Part shown: piece after piece, positions 17,037-26,281 of the stretch | Position numbering within the stretch: the stretch's first letter is position 1 | How the letters are laid out: each line of letters starts with the position of its first letter | IMG/VR virus record: IMGVR_UViG_3300037485_001485 | Span: 8,989 to 72,988 of that record | Length of the DNA: 64,000 bases | DNA from: a virus | Reading direction: 5' to 3' (one strand) | Translations under genes and position numbers: made by a program | Notes under the pieces: generated by a model | Database searches by the model: none | Told to the model about the DNA's origin: nothing | The model's input: only the letters and a program-made list of their open reading frames with translations

Positions 17037-17735
17037 CTACCCGATCTCGATGGCCGTCTTGTAGAAACCGAACATCGCGACCTTCAGCGCGAGGGGGTTG
17101 GTCGCGCCGACCGCCGCCGTGTTCGCGCCGTAGCGGAGCAGGATCGAAAAGGTCGAGTTCCCAGGCAAAGAAATCGGGTGCTTGCGGTACATCCAGATCG
17201 AGCCCGCGCCGTTGTTCATCGAGCCGATCTGGGTCGCGTTCTGCGTGGTGGACACGGAACCGAAGGCGCCGCCGCCCGCACCGATGAGGTGGAGGGGAGC
17301 GATGTCAACCTGGGTCTGGACGAAATCCCAGGTCAAAGTACCGTTGTTCTGCACGTTGACGAGGTCGGTGATCGTCTCGACCGTGTTGAGGGGCACGGCG
17401 AGGGTGGTCAGCACGTTGGCGACCTGGGAGCCCGCGTAGACGAGGCAGGAGAGGCCGTAGGCGTCGAACGCCACGCCGGCCGGAATACGGCCGCCTTCCT
17501 TCAGGGACGTCTCGGCGATGGTCAGGCCGGACGAGAAGCCCTGGCCGACCTGCCCGAGGGGGGTCGTGAAGAGGCGGAAGGTGCCGTTGGCGAGGGCGGT
17601 GCCGACGTTGTGGAGCTGGGTGCTCCAGAGGGACTGCTCGCCGTACCGGAAGAGGTTCTTGGGCTGCTCGAAGGGAACCTGGGGGATCATGTCGCTGCCG
17701 GGGTTGGCGAAAGCGAAGCCGGGAACACCATACAT
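17037..17735 (-). CDS. candidate major capsid protein (single jelly-roll)
   Basis: 232 aa; very strong codon bias; AGGAG RBS; pattern FRLFTTPLGQ...ETSL...GRIPAGVAFDAYGLS...HPISLPGNSTFSILL...LKVAMFGF is jelly-roll-like. Confidence 0.65.
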   Translation of the reverse strand: MYGVPGFAFANPGSDMIPQVPFEQPKNLFRYGEQSLWSTQLHNVGTALANGTFRLFTTPLGQVGQGFSSGLTIAETSLKEGGRIPAGVAFDAYGLSCLVYAGSQVANVLTTLAVPLNTVETITDLVNVQNNGTLTWDFVQTQVDIAPLHLIGAGGGAFGSVSTTQNATQIGSMNNGAGSIWMYRKHPISLPGNSTFSILLRYGANTAAVGATNPLALKVAMFGFYKTAIEIG

Positions 17736-17804
17736 AGGAGACTCCTGAGAGAGAGAGGATCGAAGCGGAAGTGGAAGGGGGCCGGACTACCCGGCCCCGG
17801 AAGA

Positions 17805-19232
17805 TCAGTAGGCCGAGCCCGCCGACATGAAGCCGAGGTCGCCCATGCCCTCACTGGCGACCTGACCGAAGCCCTGGCCGATGGCGCCGAAGCCCTGGCC
17901 GATGCCCGCGAAGCTCTGCCCGATGGCGCCCATGCCCTGACCGATGGCGCCCATCGAGGAGCTGGTCCCCACGCGGGTGTCAACGGTCGCCATGGCGTTC
18001 TTGCGGAGTTCGGCGATCAGCGCGCAGCGGGCTTCCGGTTCCATGGCCGCAATGCGACCGAAGCGGTCGAAGCCCACGGCCTTGACGAGCCAGCCCCAAC
18101 GGTGCCCGCGACGACCCGCGTGGCGGGACATCGGGGAGGCAGCGCGGCTCGTCACCTTCGGCGGCGGGCCGAAGGTCGCGTGGTAGGCGTGCGCGCCGTG
18201 CATGGCGGCCTGCCCTTCGTAGCTGTCGAGGTCGGGGCCGCTGTAGTAGGCGTCGGCCATCTCGGCGTCGGCGTAGGCGCCGAAGCCCTGACCGATGGCG
18301 CCGAAGCCCTGACCGATAGCGCCCATGCTCTCGCCGATGCCGCCGAGGGGCACCACGTCGTAGGCCCCGCCGTCACCGTAGTCGTCCATGTCGCCGAGGT
18401 CAGAGGACTGACCCTTCAGCGCGCGGAACACGTCGAGGACGCCGCCCGCGATCATCGCCGCGATGCCGAGCTTGCGCTTCTGGTCGTCGGAGAGGAACGG
18501 GATCGGGAGCTTCTGGAGCGCGAAGTTGGCGGCGACGCCCGTGAGGGAGTAGCCGACCGGCGCGAGGTAGCTGCGAGCGAACGCCTGTACCGGCGCGGGA
18601 AGCATCCCGCCGACGTAGCGGATGGCCTTCACGCCGTAGTAGTGCGTCGCGCCAGCGGCAGCGCCGAAAGCGATGTAGCCGAGTGCCTTCGCAACAGGAT
18701 GGCCGAGGAAGGGCACCTTGCTGAGGAGATTCTGCACCGGGCGCAGGATGGGGAGGCTGAAGCCCCCGCCCTCGCTGGGGTTGCGCTTCACGCCGTGGCG
18801 ACGGCGGTTCAACTGGTAGCCCGCGTTCTTGCGGTGGCGACGATTGAGCATGTAGCCCGCGTTCTTGCGACGGCGGCTGCGGTTCTTCTTCGCGAAGAAC
18901 GACACGGCCTTGCCATGCGCGCGGAACGACTTCATCGGGTTGAGCGAACGGCGCCGACGGCGGTTCAGCATGTAGCCGGCGTTCCGCTTCATCTTGAACC
19001 GCTTCAGGAGGCGCGCGAGCACGCCCGTCTTCCCGGCACGGCGCCGGTTGTGCCGCATCTTCATGCCCCCGGAAGACCGCCGGCTCTTGCGGCGGTTCTT
19101 GAAGAGCCCCCCGAACAGACGGAAGGCCGTGCGCCCGCGCCGTGCCTTGCGGGCGGTGCGACGACGGCGGGGATTCTTGACGAACAGTGCGCCGCTCAAC
19201 GGGGCGGGATTGCTTCGCAGTACGAGGGCCAC
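17805..19232 (-). CDS. Arg-rich core/membrane protein with about 13 basic-N motifs, hydrophobic helices and GAIGQG(F/M) repeats
   Basis: N-terminal 150 aa of RSNP/KNPRRRR/KNAGYMLNRRR repeats; central TM-like segments; two Gly-aromatic repeat clusters; immediately upstream of the MCP candidate. Confidence 0.8.
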   Translation of the reverse strand: MALVLRSNPAPLSGALFVKNPRRRRTARKARRGRTAFRLFGGLFKNRRKSRRSSGGMKMRHNRRRAGKTGVLARLLKRFKMKRNAGYMLNRRRRRSLNPMKSFRAHGKAVSFFAKKNRSRRRKNAGYMLNRRHRKNAGYQLNRRRHGVKRNPSEGGGFSLPILRPVQNLLSKVPFLGHPVAKALGYIAFGAAAGATHYYGVKAIRYVGGMLPAPVQAFARSYLAPVGYSLTGVAANFALQKLPIPFLSDDQKRKLGIAAMIAGGVLDVFRALKGQSSDLGDMDDYGDGGAYDVVPLGGIGESMGAIGQGFGAIGQGFGAYADAEMADAYYSGPDLDSYEGQAAMHGAHAYHATFGPPPKVTSRAASPMSRHAGRRGHRWGWLVKAVGFDRFGRIAAMEPEARCALIAELRKNAMATVDTRVGTSSSMGAIGQGMGAIGQSFAGIGQGFGAIGQGFGQVASEGMGDLGFMSAGSAY

Positions 19233-19354
19233 GGTTCCTCCGAACGCTTTATAGGCTTACCCGGTAGCAGTAGCGGGGTGGGGGCCGAACGGGAAGCAGA
19301 AGAACCCCCGTGGAGGGCCATCGGCGTACCGTGCATCATGGTATACCCGCGCCC

Positions 19355-19552
19355 ATGCCGAACATTGACCCCTCTTCCCCTGACTACGTCCTCGTTCGCG
19401 TCAAGCTGCGGCACCACGTCGCGTCGGCGCTAAAAGAGGCAGCGGAAGCGGAAACGAGGCGCACGGGGCGCTACGTCTACGTCTCCAACCTCGTCCGCGA
19501 GGCGCTGCGCGACTATCTGCGCTCGCGCTCCGACGTCGTGATCAGCGGGTGA
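19355..19552 (+). CDS. ribbon-helix-helix DNA-binding protein
   Basis: VLVRVKL strand, helix, VSNLVREALRDYL helix; the only plus-strand gene inside the structural block. Confidence 0.65.
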   Translation: MPNIDPSSPDYVLVRVKLRHHVASALKEAAEAETRRTGRYVYVSNLVREALRDYLRSRSDVVISG

Positions 19553-20165
19553 TGCCCGGCGACGGACAGGTGTAGGTTCCGCCGGCCAGCCAGAACCGCC
19601 CGTCGCTCGACACGCAGAGCACGGGGGGAACGCCGCCTTCTTCGCCCATTTCGTGGATGTAGCCGCTGGGGCCGTCACCCTTTTTGTGGGTGAAGTAGGT
19701 CAGGTGCCGAAGCTCGCCCAGCGGCTTCACGTTGACCCTGACGTAGCCGCTGCGCGGGTTCGCGTGGTGGCCTTCGCCCAACTCCTCCGCAGCGTGCGCG
19801 AGTCCCATCGGCTTCGCTTCCGCCATGCGGTAGAGGTCGCGCCCGCTCTCTCGCAGGGCGGGGGAGCACTGGAAGTAGATGCGCTGGTGCTTGTGGTCCG
19901 CGTCGAACCCGACGTGCGAGTTCGGGATGTCGTCTTCGCGCACGGCGAACACGGTGTCCTTGGCGGCGCCGAAGGGACGAAGATGCAGTTCCATCAGCAG
20001 ACCGATCTCGACCAAGTGCGGAGGGAAGTCCGGATCGCAGTCGATGACGTGCGTGGGCATCTCGCCCCAATGCCACCGCTTGTAGACCTGTTCCAGCCGC
20101 TTCTGAGCGGCGGGGCCGATCCGCTGGGTCGCACGGCGGGCCGGCGTGCGGCGGGTGCGGGGCAT
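19542..20165 (-). CDS. hypothetical virion protein (MPRTRRT...)
   Basis: Basic N-terminus, YKRWHWG, HANPR junction, YIHEMGEEGG...GGTY...PGI; coupled to the upstream stop. Confidence 0.7.
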   Translation of the reverse strand: MPRTRRTPARRATQRIGPAAQKRLEQVYKRWHWGEMPTHVIDCDPDFPPHLVEIGLLMELHLRPFGAAKDTVFAVREDDIPNSHVGFDADHKHQRIYFQCSPALRESGRDLYRMAEAKPMGLAHAAEELGEGHHANPRSGYVRVNVKPLGELRHLTYFTHKKGDGPSGYIHEMGEEGGVPPVLCVSSDGRFWLAGGTYTCPSPGITR

Positions 20166-20953
20166 CAACGGCTCCGAAGGCGACGACGGCGGCGCGGGTT
20201 GCGGGCGACGGTCCCGATGCGGGCGACGGCCTTGTCGGCGGCGCGGCGAGACGCCGCCGCAGCGGCATCGCGGACGCCGAGGATCGGGGCGAGCACCGGA
20301 CCCAGGACGAACCATGCCGCGACGCCCGCGACGCCGAGGCCGGCTACAAGCCATGCGTTGCGCTGGATCCACCAGAGCCAGTCAGGCGTACCCGGCGGCT
20401 TCTTGTTCGTGATGACGCGCCCGACCTTCTCCAGCCCCTTGCCTACATCCGCCGCCGACGCCGCCGCCGTGTCCACGAGGATGCGGAGGCTCGACTGCTC
20501 ATCGGCGCGGCCCTGTGCGCGCTCGATGGCGTCGGCGCGGCTGTTCAGCCCGAAGTTCCGATAGAGCGGCGCCATGCGCCGGTCTTTGTAGGCGTTCGCC
20601 GCGTCCAGGGCGCGCACACCCTCGTCAATGACGGAGGCGATGCCCGAGGCGCTTCCGCTGCTCGCCCACTTGTAGCGGCCCGCCGCGCGCGTGTAGAACG
20701 CACGCGCTGCCGTCGCCAACGCCGGGTAGCCGACGCGCGCACCGACCGCGAGCCAGTAGGCGACGTAGGCTTCGGCGCTCGCCGCGTCCGTGGGCGCCGT
20801 GTAGAACCAGTTCGACGTCACAAGGCCGCCGCCCACCGCCGAGGACAGCACACGGCCCGCCGTCGCCGCGCTGATCTGCTTGCGTACCTCTGCAAGCACC
20901 TTGTCCCAGGAGAGCGTGTCTACGGGTCCGTGGTAGGCCGCGAGGGCGTGCAT
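20165..20953 (-). CDS. membrane protein with ARNPRRRRR tail
   Basis: TM NAWLVAGLGVAGVAAWFVLG; TGATG coupling. Confidence 0.75.
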   Translation of the reverse strand: MHALAAYHGPVDTLSWDKVLAEVRKQISAATAGRVLSSAVGGGLVTSNWFYTAPTDAASAEAYVAYWLAVGARVGYPALATAARAFYTRAAGRYKWASSGSASGIASVIDEGVRALDAANAYKDRRMAPLYRNFGLNSRADAIERAQGRADEQSSLRILVDTAAASAADVGKGLEKVGRVITNKKPPGTPDWLWWIQRNAWLVAGLGVAGVAAWFVLGPVLAPILGVRDAAAAASRRAADKAVARIGTVARNPRRRRRLRSR

Positions 20954-21765
20954 CAGCGGCTCCTCTGTTCCCGGCCGCCGCGTCGAAGCGCGAGCGTCAC
21001 AAGCACCAGGGCGACGCCGCCGCCGACAGCCCAGCCCCACGTCGGAATGGCCGCCAGCGGCGAACCCCCGGTGAAAAGCGAAGTGCCCTGCTCGTCGGCC
21101 GTGCGATCAGCGGCAGCTTCGGCCTGCGCTTCGGCGGCGTCTTCCTGCTCCAGATCCATCGCGGGGCTGTTGATCTCGTTGACCGCTTCCGACGGGGGCA
21201 CCGACGGCGCTTTGCCGACGACGCGCAACGCCTTGCGGTCTTTGGCCGTCAGCTTCTTCGGATTCTCGATCCGCGCCAGTGCGGCGAGGATGGACAACTT
21301 CCACTTCAGGGTCGCGATCCGCTTGGCCCGCGCCTTGGCGAAGATCGGGCTCTTCTGCGCGCTCAGTCGCGCAATGCGCTCTTTGTACCGCGCATAAATC
21401 TTCACGCGCGTCGCGCGCTTCAGCTTCAGCGCACGGACGATGTAGCCCGGCGCCTTCTCCGGGTTCGGCAGCTTCAGCTTCTTCGCGAGCGCGACGGCGT
21501 CCTTGCGACGCGCCTTGCCGGACTTGATCGCGACGACCAACGCCGCGATGCCCGCCGCAGTGCCGAGCACCGCGCCAGCAACCCAGCCCGCGACGGGCAC
21601 CGTCGCCACGCCCGCAGCGGTGATCGCCAGCGTAGACGCGACGGCGGCACCGCCGGCAACAGACGCCGCAGCCCCGGTCTTGAAGGCGTCGATGGCGATC
21701 TGTTCACCGTCCCCGTAGTGACCCGAGGGGCGAAACGCTCTGCGATAGGGGTAGCCGTGCATCAC
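20953..21765 (-). CDS. membrane protein (two hydrophobic segments)
   Basis: N-terminal FRPSGHYGD; C-terminal TM IPTWGWAVGGGVALVLV. Confidence 0.75.
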   Translation of the reverse strand: MMHGYPYRRAFRPSGHYGDGEQIAIDAFKTGAAASVAGGAAVASTLAITAAGVATVPVAGWVAGAVLGTAAGIAALVVAIKSGKARRKDAVALAKKLKLPNPEKAPGYIVRALKLKRATRVKIYARYKERIARLSAQKSPIFAKARAKRIATLKWKLSILAALARIENPKKLTAKDRKALRVVGKAPSVPPSEAVNEINSPAMDLEQEDAAEAQAEAAADRTADEQGTSLFTGGSPLAAIPTWGWAVGGGVALVLVTLALRRGGREQRSR

Positions 21766-22211
21766 TTGCTCCGCGCCGTCACGACGTTCTTGTAGATCAT
21801 AGAGCCGAGGAGGACGACGAACAAGCCACCCGCTGCCCAGCCGAGGTAGCGGAAGGTCTGGGTAGACTCCTCGCCCTTCTTCTTCTTCGTGATCTGCGCG
21901 CCGCTGGCCGACAGCTTCGCGCGCATCTTCCGGATCTCGTTGTCGTAGAACACGGCGGCGATGGGAAAGCGACGCTTCATCCCCTGAAAGTTCTTGATCT
22001 TGGCCTTTAGGATCTGCGCCCGCTCTTCCGGGTCGGAAGGCAGGACCAGTTCGCGGGCCACCGAGACATATTGCAGGTAGTCGGCCACGTCCGGAGGACT
22101 ACCCCCCGCCGCCCCCGGCGCCCCGCCCGTCGCGAGTTCAGTAGCCGAGGTCAGGGCGGCGGCGGTGGGGCTCGTACCGCTGTAAACGGAGGCGTGAAAG
22201 CGGCGCATCAT
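21762..22211 (-). CDS. tail-anchored membrane protein
   Basis: N-terminal FHASVYSG; KKKK patch, then TM YLGWAAGGLFVVLLG. Confidence 0.75.
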   Translation of the reverse strand: MMRRFHASVYSGTSPTAAALTSATELATGGAPGAAGGSPPDVADYLQYVSVARELVLPSDPEERAQILKAKIKNFQGMKRRFPIAAVFYDNEIRKMRAKLSASGAQITKKKKGEESTQTFRYLGWAAGGLFVVLLGSMIYKNVVTARSK

Positions 22212-22783
22212 TCGTCCTCTTCCTCGGCGACGTCTTCGCCTTCGCCGTAGCCCTCGTCTTCGTCGCGGCCCTCGTCTTCATCGTGGCCCTTGTAGGGGGC
22301 GAGTTCCGTCGCCGCCGGACGCACAGAGGGGGCGCGGCGCGAAGGCTTGGCCTTGACGTGGATCCGCTTCGGATTGTGCCGCGCCTTCGGCTCGGCTTTC
22401 TCGCGGGTGATCATGTAGATGGCGAAGCCGACGATGCCGACGCCGCCCGCAATGAGGCCCCACTTCAGCAACGGACTCAGGGCCGTCGTCGGCAGCGGAG
22501 CGGGGAGCGAAGCGCCCGGCATCGTTGTCATAGCCACGGCAGCGGCGCGCTTCGCTTCCGCATCCGCCCTTGCCTTCTTTGCCTTCTTCGCCTTCTTTGC
22601 GGCGGCCCGGCTCCACTTATCGGACTTGGCATCGGCAGCGCGCTGCCATGCGTCGAGGCCCAAACTGATCGCCTGACCCCCCGCCTGGATGGCGGCAGAG
22701 GTCAGGTCGGAGGACGCGCCGGTCGCCCCCGTAGGAGGCGCCACCGCTGCCACGTCAGAGTAGGCGGAAGGCTGAAAGCGCAC
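22208..22783 (-). CDS. membrane protein with RHNP motif and acidic tail
   Basis: N-terminal FQPSAYSD; TM WGLIAGGVGIVGFAIY; ARHNPKR. Confidence 0.75.
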   Translation of the reverse strand: MRFQPSAYSDVAAVAPPTGATGASSDLTSAAIQAGGQAISLGLDAWQRAADAKSDKWSRAAAKKAKKAKKARADAEAKRAAAVAMTTMPGASLPAPLPTTALSPLLKWGLIAGGVGIVGFAIYMITREKAEPKARHNPKRIHVKAKPSRRAPSVRPAATELAPYKGHDEDEGRDEDEGYGEGEDVAEEEDE

Positions 22784-22792
22784 GGGGTACTC

Positions 22793-23686
22793 CTACTTCT
22801 TGCTCGCGCCCGAACGGGAGGCGAGGAGCACGATGCCCAGCACCAGCACGGATCCGCCGATGACCCACGGCAGCGGGCCGTCCATGAAGCCCTTCTCCTC
22901 TTCGACCACAAGGGGCGCACCGGGGACCATCGAAGCCGGCGCAGCGGACGCGGCGCTCCGCTTCTTCTTCTTCTTCCGGCCGAAGGGCGTCGCCGCGACC
23001 TTCAGGGCGGTGTCGGTGACGGTGGTGAGGATGTTGGCGCTCCGCGCGTTGACGAAGTCCTTCCACGCGCCGATCTTGGTCGTGATCGCGACCCAACTCT
23101 GGTAGCCCGGATCCGAGGCGTTCAGCCCCGTGAGGATCGTGCTCGGCGCGAGTAGGTCAGGGCGCGGCGAGACGAGGACCATGATGGCCCCGTCGCGGAA
23201 CTGACGGTAACGGTAGGCCCCATCCTGCACTTCGCGGCTCGCGCCGATCCCCGGTCGGGTGTAGTCCACGCCGCCGTAGTCCTGGCCGATGCCGGCGAAC
23301 GCCGAGAACTGCGGACGCGCGGCGCTCAACTGAGCGCCGTCGATGGGCTGAGGGAAGGTCGCCCAATCACTCCCCGGCATCCGGGGAAGCGCGGGCGAAT
23401 AGGACGGCATGTTCACGCCCCGGATGTTCCACTCGCCCTTGTTCATGGGCATCGTGAACGTCGGGGTATGCCCGACTCTCGGGTAGTTGGGCGTCGGGTG
23501 ACCGACGAGAGGCGCGGGCTGCGCGATCTGCATCCGCGTCGGCCCCACGGCCGCGACGGCGGCGGCGCTGGCCTGCGCGGGCGTCTGCTGCCCCAGGTAG
23601 GCGGGAGCGAAGTAGTCGCCGTTCGTGTAGTCGTAGGCCATCACCGTCGGGGACGCCGACAGGTACTCGGGCTGCTGGTCGTTCAT
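22793..23686 (-). CDS. tail-anchored membrane protein (MNDQQPEY...)
   Basis: Pro-rich N-terminus, GIGQDYGG, KKKKK patch, TM PLPWVIGGSVLVLGIVLL. Confidence 0.7.
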   Translation of the reverse strand: MNDQQPEYLSASPTVMAYDYTNGDYFAPAYLGQQTPAQASAAAVAAVGPTRMQIAQPAPLVGHPTPNYPRVGHTPTFTMPMNKGEWNIRGVNMPSYSPALPRMPGSDWATFPQPIDGAQLSAARPQFSAFAGIGQDYGGVDYTRPGIGASREVQDGAYRYRQFRDGAIMVLVSPRPDLLAPSTILTGLNASDPGYQSWVAITTKIGAWKDFVNARSANILTTVTDTALKVAATPFGRKKKKKRSAASAAPASMVPGAPLVVEEEKGFMDGPLPWVIGGSVLVLGIVLLASRSGASKK

Positions 23687-23952
23687 GCCGCCTTCTCCTT
23701 CTTGCCCACTACCACGTTGACGGCGATGCCCGCGAGGAACCGAGCCCCCGCATGGCGCGTCTCCGCGTCGAGGACTTCGCGCCCGCTGATGGTCGGGTTC
23801 CACCCGGCCATCTCACGGACAAGCACCAAGGCTATGGCGTCGGGCGCAACGCTCGCGCCCGATGCAGCCGCGCGCTTAGCCTGCTCGCCCGCGCTGCGTA
23901 GGTACTCACCCAGCTTTGCGACGAGCGGAAGTAGAGCCGCCGTCGAGAACAT
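23683..23952 (-). CDS. small hypothetical protein
   Basis: 89 aa; GGAG RBS; ATGA overlap with the next gene. Confidence 0.65.
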   Translation of the reverse strand: MFSTAALLPLVAKLGEYLRSAGEQAKRAAASGASVAPDAIALVLVREMAGWNPTISGREVLDAETRHAGARFLAGIAVNVVVGKKEKAA

Positions 23953-23961
23953 GGGAGGCTC

Positions 23962-24924
23962 CTATCGACGGCTGCGACGGGAGCGACGGTTCGCCTTCGC
24001 CTTGCGGTTGCGGCGGGGGTTCTTCTTCTTCGCCCCGCCCTTCAGCGAGCGGAGGAGCTTCGGGCCGTAGAGCACGGCGCCGAGGAGCGCGAGGCCCATG
24101 ACCCACGGCTTCGCGGCATACGCCTTGACGGTGTCCACGATGCCGTCGAAGCCCTCTTCCATCTCCTCCATCTCTTCTTCGTCCGCGACGTTGCCGGGAG
24201 CGAAGGTGAAGGAGCCCGCCTGGGGACCGAGGCCCGGCAGGAGCGGCATGTTGTTGCCGATGGGGTCGAGGCCGCGCACGCGCGGATCGGGGTCGATGGA
24301 GCGCGTGAAGATGCGGGGGTCGATGTCGCGGGTGAGGATGCGGGGGTCGAGGCTGCGCGTCGGCCCCGGAAGCTCGCCGGGCATCGGGGAGTAGGCCGGG
24401 GGCGAGAACTGCGGCAGCGAGGGCTGGGCCGGGGGCGCGGGCCGGGGGCCGGCACGGCGCACGCCACGGAAGAACCCACGGGGGACCATGCGGAGGAGGC
24501 TCGGGGGGAGGATGCGGCGCTTGGCCTCTTCCTCAGCGGCGTCGGCATCGACACCCACTCCGGTCAACTGCTGGATCATCGCCTGGATAGCGGCGGTCTG
24601 GGCAGCGGTGAGGGCGCCGGACGCGGCGGGGGCAGCGGGTGCCTTGGTCTTGGCCTTCTTCGCCGCATCGCGCTTGGCCTTGGCCTCGTCGCGCTTGGCC
24701 TTACGGTACTTGGACTCCAGCGAGCGGAGTTCGGTGACCGCCTTCGTCACGTTCAGCTCGGCCTGCTTGCGCCCGTAGGTGAAGAGCTTCTCCTTCCAGA
24801 CCTTGTTGCGGAGGCCAACGATCTTCTTCTTCAGCGACTCGATCTTGGCCTTGTAATCGTCAGACGCGGCGCCGAAGGCGCCGAAGGCACCGAAGTCGCC
24901 GTAAAAACCGTATGCGCCGAACAT
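23962..24924 (-). CDS. membrane protein with FG/YG head, coiled coil, DPR repeats and KKNPRRN tail
   Basis: MFGAYGFYGDFGAFGAFG; TRSLDPRILTRDIDPRIFTRSIDP; TM PWVMGLALLGAVLY. Confidence 0.75.
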   Translation of the reverse strand: MFGAYGFYGDFGAFGAFGAASDDYKAKIESLKKKIVGLRNKVWKEKLFTYGRKQAELNVTKAVTELRSLESKYRKAKRDEAKAKRDAAKKAKTKAPAAPAASGALTAAQTAAIQAMIQQLTGVGVDADAAEEEAKRRILPPSLLRMVPRGFFRGVRRAGPRPAPPAQPSLPQFSPPAYSPMPGELPGPTRSLDPRILTRDIDPRIFTRSIDPDPRVRGLDPIGNNMPLLPGLGPQAGSFTFAPGNVADEEEMEEMEEGFDGIVDTVKAYAAKPWVMGLALLGAVLYGPKLLRSLKGGAKKKNPRRNRKAKANRRSRRSRR

Positions 24925-25006
24925 CGCTACCTCTCGCTTCTGGCTAACCCTACCGGGGCGCCGGGTGCGGGGCAACGGCTACCCCCCACCCCGGAGGGCC
25001 ATCGGC

Positions 25007-25375
25007 CTACGCGACGAACCCGGCGAGCAACGCGGCGGCTCCGTAGATCCACTCCAGTTGAGCCAGCGGCTCGCCCTTGTCGCAGAACTCGTAAGCCTTG
25101 CGCCAGAGCGCCACTTCAGTCAGTTCGACGGTGTCGGCGTAGTTGGACGAGGTGCGACGGGTGCGGCCGACCTGTTGCTCCTCCATGCGGACGAGCACTT
25201 CGGTCGCTTTCTCCAACGCGAGGAGGAGCTTCGGATCTCGCACGCGAGCCGCGCGCATCCCGGCGTTCGCGATGGACTGCTGGCGCAGACGTTGGGCCTC
25301 GGAAGCGCGACGATAGGCCCACTCCACGCTGGTCGCGTTGACCCACTCGCTTACTTCAATGCCCGCTGCGCCCAT
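25007..25375 (-). CDS. hypothetical protein with its own early-type promoter
   Basis: 122 aa; preceded by a TTGACGGCTGGCAG box at 25409-25422. Confidence 0.55.
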   Translation of the reverse strand: MGAAGIEVSEWVNATSVEWAYRRASEAQRLRQQSIANAGMRAARVRDPKLLLALEKATEVLVRMEEQQVGRTRRTSSNYADTVELTEVALWRKAYEFCDKGEPLAQLEWIYGAAALLAGFVA

Positions 25376-25497
25376 GCTGCCCTCTGCGCCGTACCTCTAA
25401 GGCTGGCGCTGCCAGCCGTCAAAGGGAAACGCCCCGGCGCCTTGCGGCACCGGAGCGTAGCGCACAGGCTACGCGCCCGTGCGAAGTAGCGGCGGTG

Positions 25498-25863
25498 CTA
25501 CTGGATGATCGAGTGTTCCAGAATGAGGGTCACGTTGAAGACCCCGGCCGCCGCCGCGTTGACGAGCTGGACGCTCGGCTTGGCGTTGGTGGCGACCCAG
25601 ATCCACGCGAGGCCCGCGACGCCCGTGCCTGAAACGCCCTGGAGCGAGATCACGCCCGCGTTGGTCGTGGAGAACGCGGTCGTGACGACCGGCTCGTTCG
25701 CATAGGTCGCGTTCAGGAAGTCGAACAGCGCGCCCGAGGTGGGCGCGACGGCGAGGAGCTGCGCGTTGGAGATGGTGTCGTTCGCGGCGCCGCTGAGGGT
25801 CGCGACGGCGGTCAGCGAGCGCGTGCCCTTGAAGAGCGACGTGAACAGAGCGACGTTTGCCAT
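25498..25863 (-). CDS. small structural protein, paralog A
   Basis: 121 aa, A/T-rich, ends LEHSIIQ. Confidence 0.7.
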   Translation of the reverse strand: MANVALFTSLFKGTRSLTAVATLSGAANDTISNAQLLAVAPTSGALFDFLNATYANEPVVTTAFSTTNAGVISLQGVSGTGVAGLAWIWVATNAKPSVQLVNAAAAGVFNVTLILEHSIIQ

Positions 25864-25873
25864 GACGAACCTC

Positions 25874-26281
25874 TTACTGCACGATGGTGTGAGCGTGCGT
25901 GATGTAGAGGAAGCCGGAGGAGTTGGCTTCGGCGGTGAGGGTCAGCTTGGGGTTGTTCGTCCCGCCGTCGTCAATCGCGTTGATGAAGCCGGGGTACTTC
26001 GCGGAGGTCGAGAGCGTGTAGACCAGCGTGGACTGGATGCTCGTCGCGATGGTGCCGCTCAGCGTGCCCGTGAAGCTCGCGCCGGTCTGGAGCGCGGCGG
26101 CGGCCTTCGCGTCGGTGCCGCACTGGCCGGCGAGGCTGGCGATGATCCGGCCGATGGTGGAGGTGGTCCCCACGTCGGCGGCGAGGGTCGCGTAGGCGAG
26201 GTCGCCGGGCGCGTCGCCGGTCCACGAGTAGACGATCTGGTTGTCGGTAGAGACGACCTTGGTGAAAGCAACAGCGGCCAT
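25874..26281 (-). CDS. small structural protein, paralog B
   Basis: 135 aa from MAAVAF, ends HAHTIVQ. Confidence 0.7.
   Translation of the reverse strand: MAAVAFTKVVSTDNQIVYSWTGDAPGDLAYATLAADVGTTSTIGRIIASLAGQCGTDAKAAAALQTGASFTGTLSGTIATSIQSTLVYTLSTSAKYPGFINAIDDGGTNNPKLTLTAEANSSGFLYITHAHTIVQ

Noticed and set aside
17690-17735. 2A-like ribosomal skipping at FANPGS and other NP motifs
   Set aside because: The D-x-E-x-NPGP consensus is absent, and 2A skipping is a eukaryotic-ribosome phenomenon
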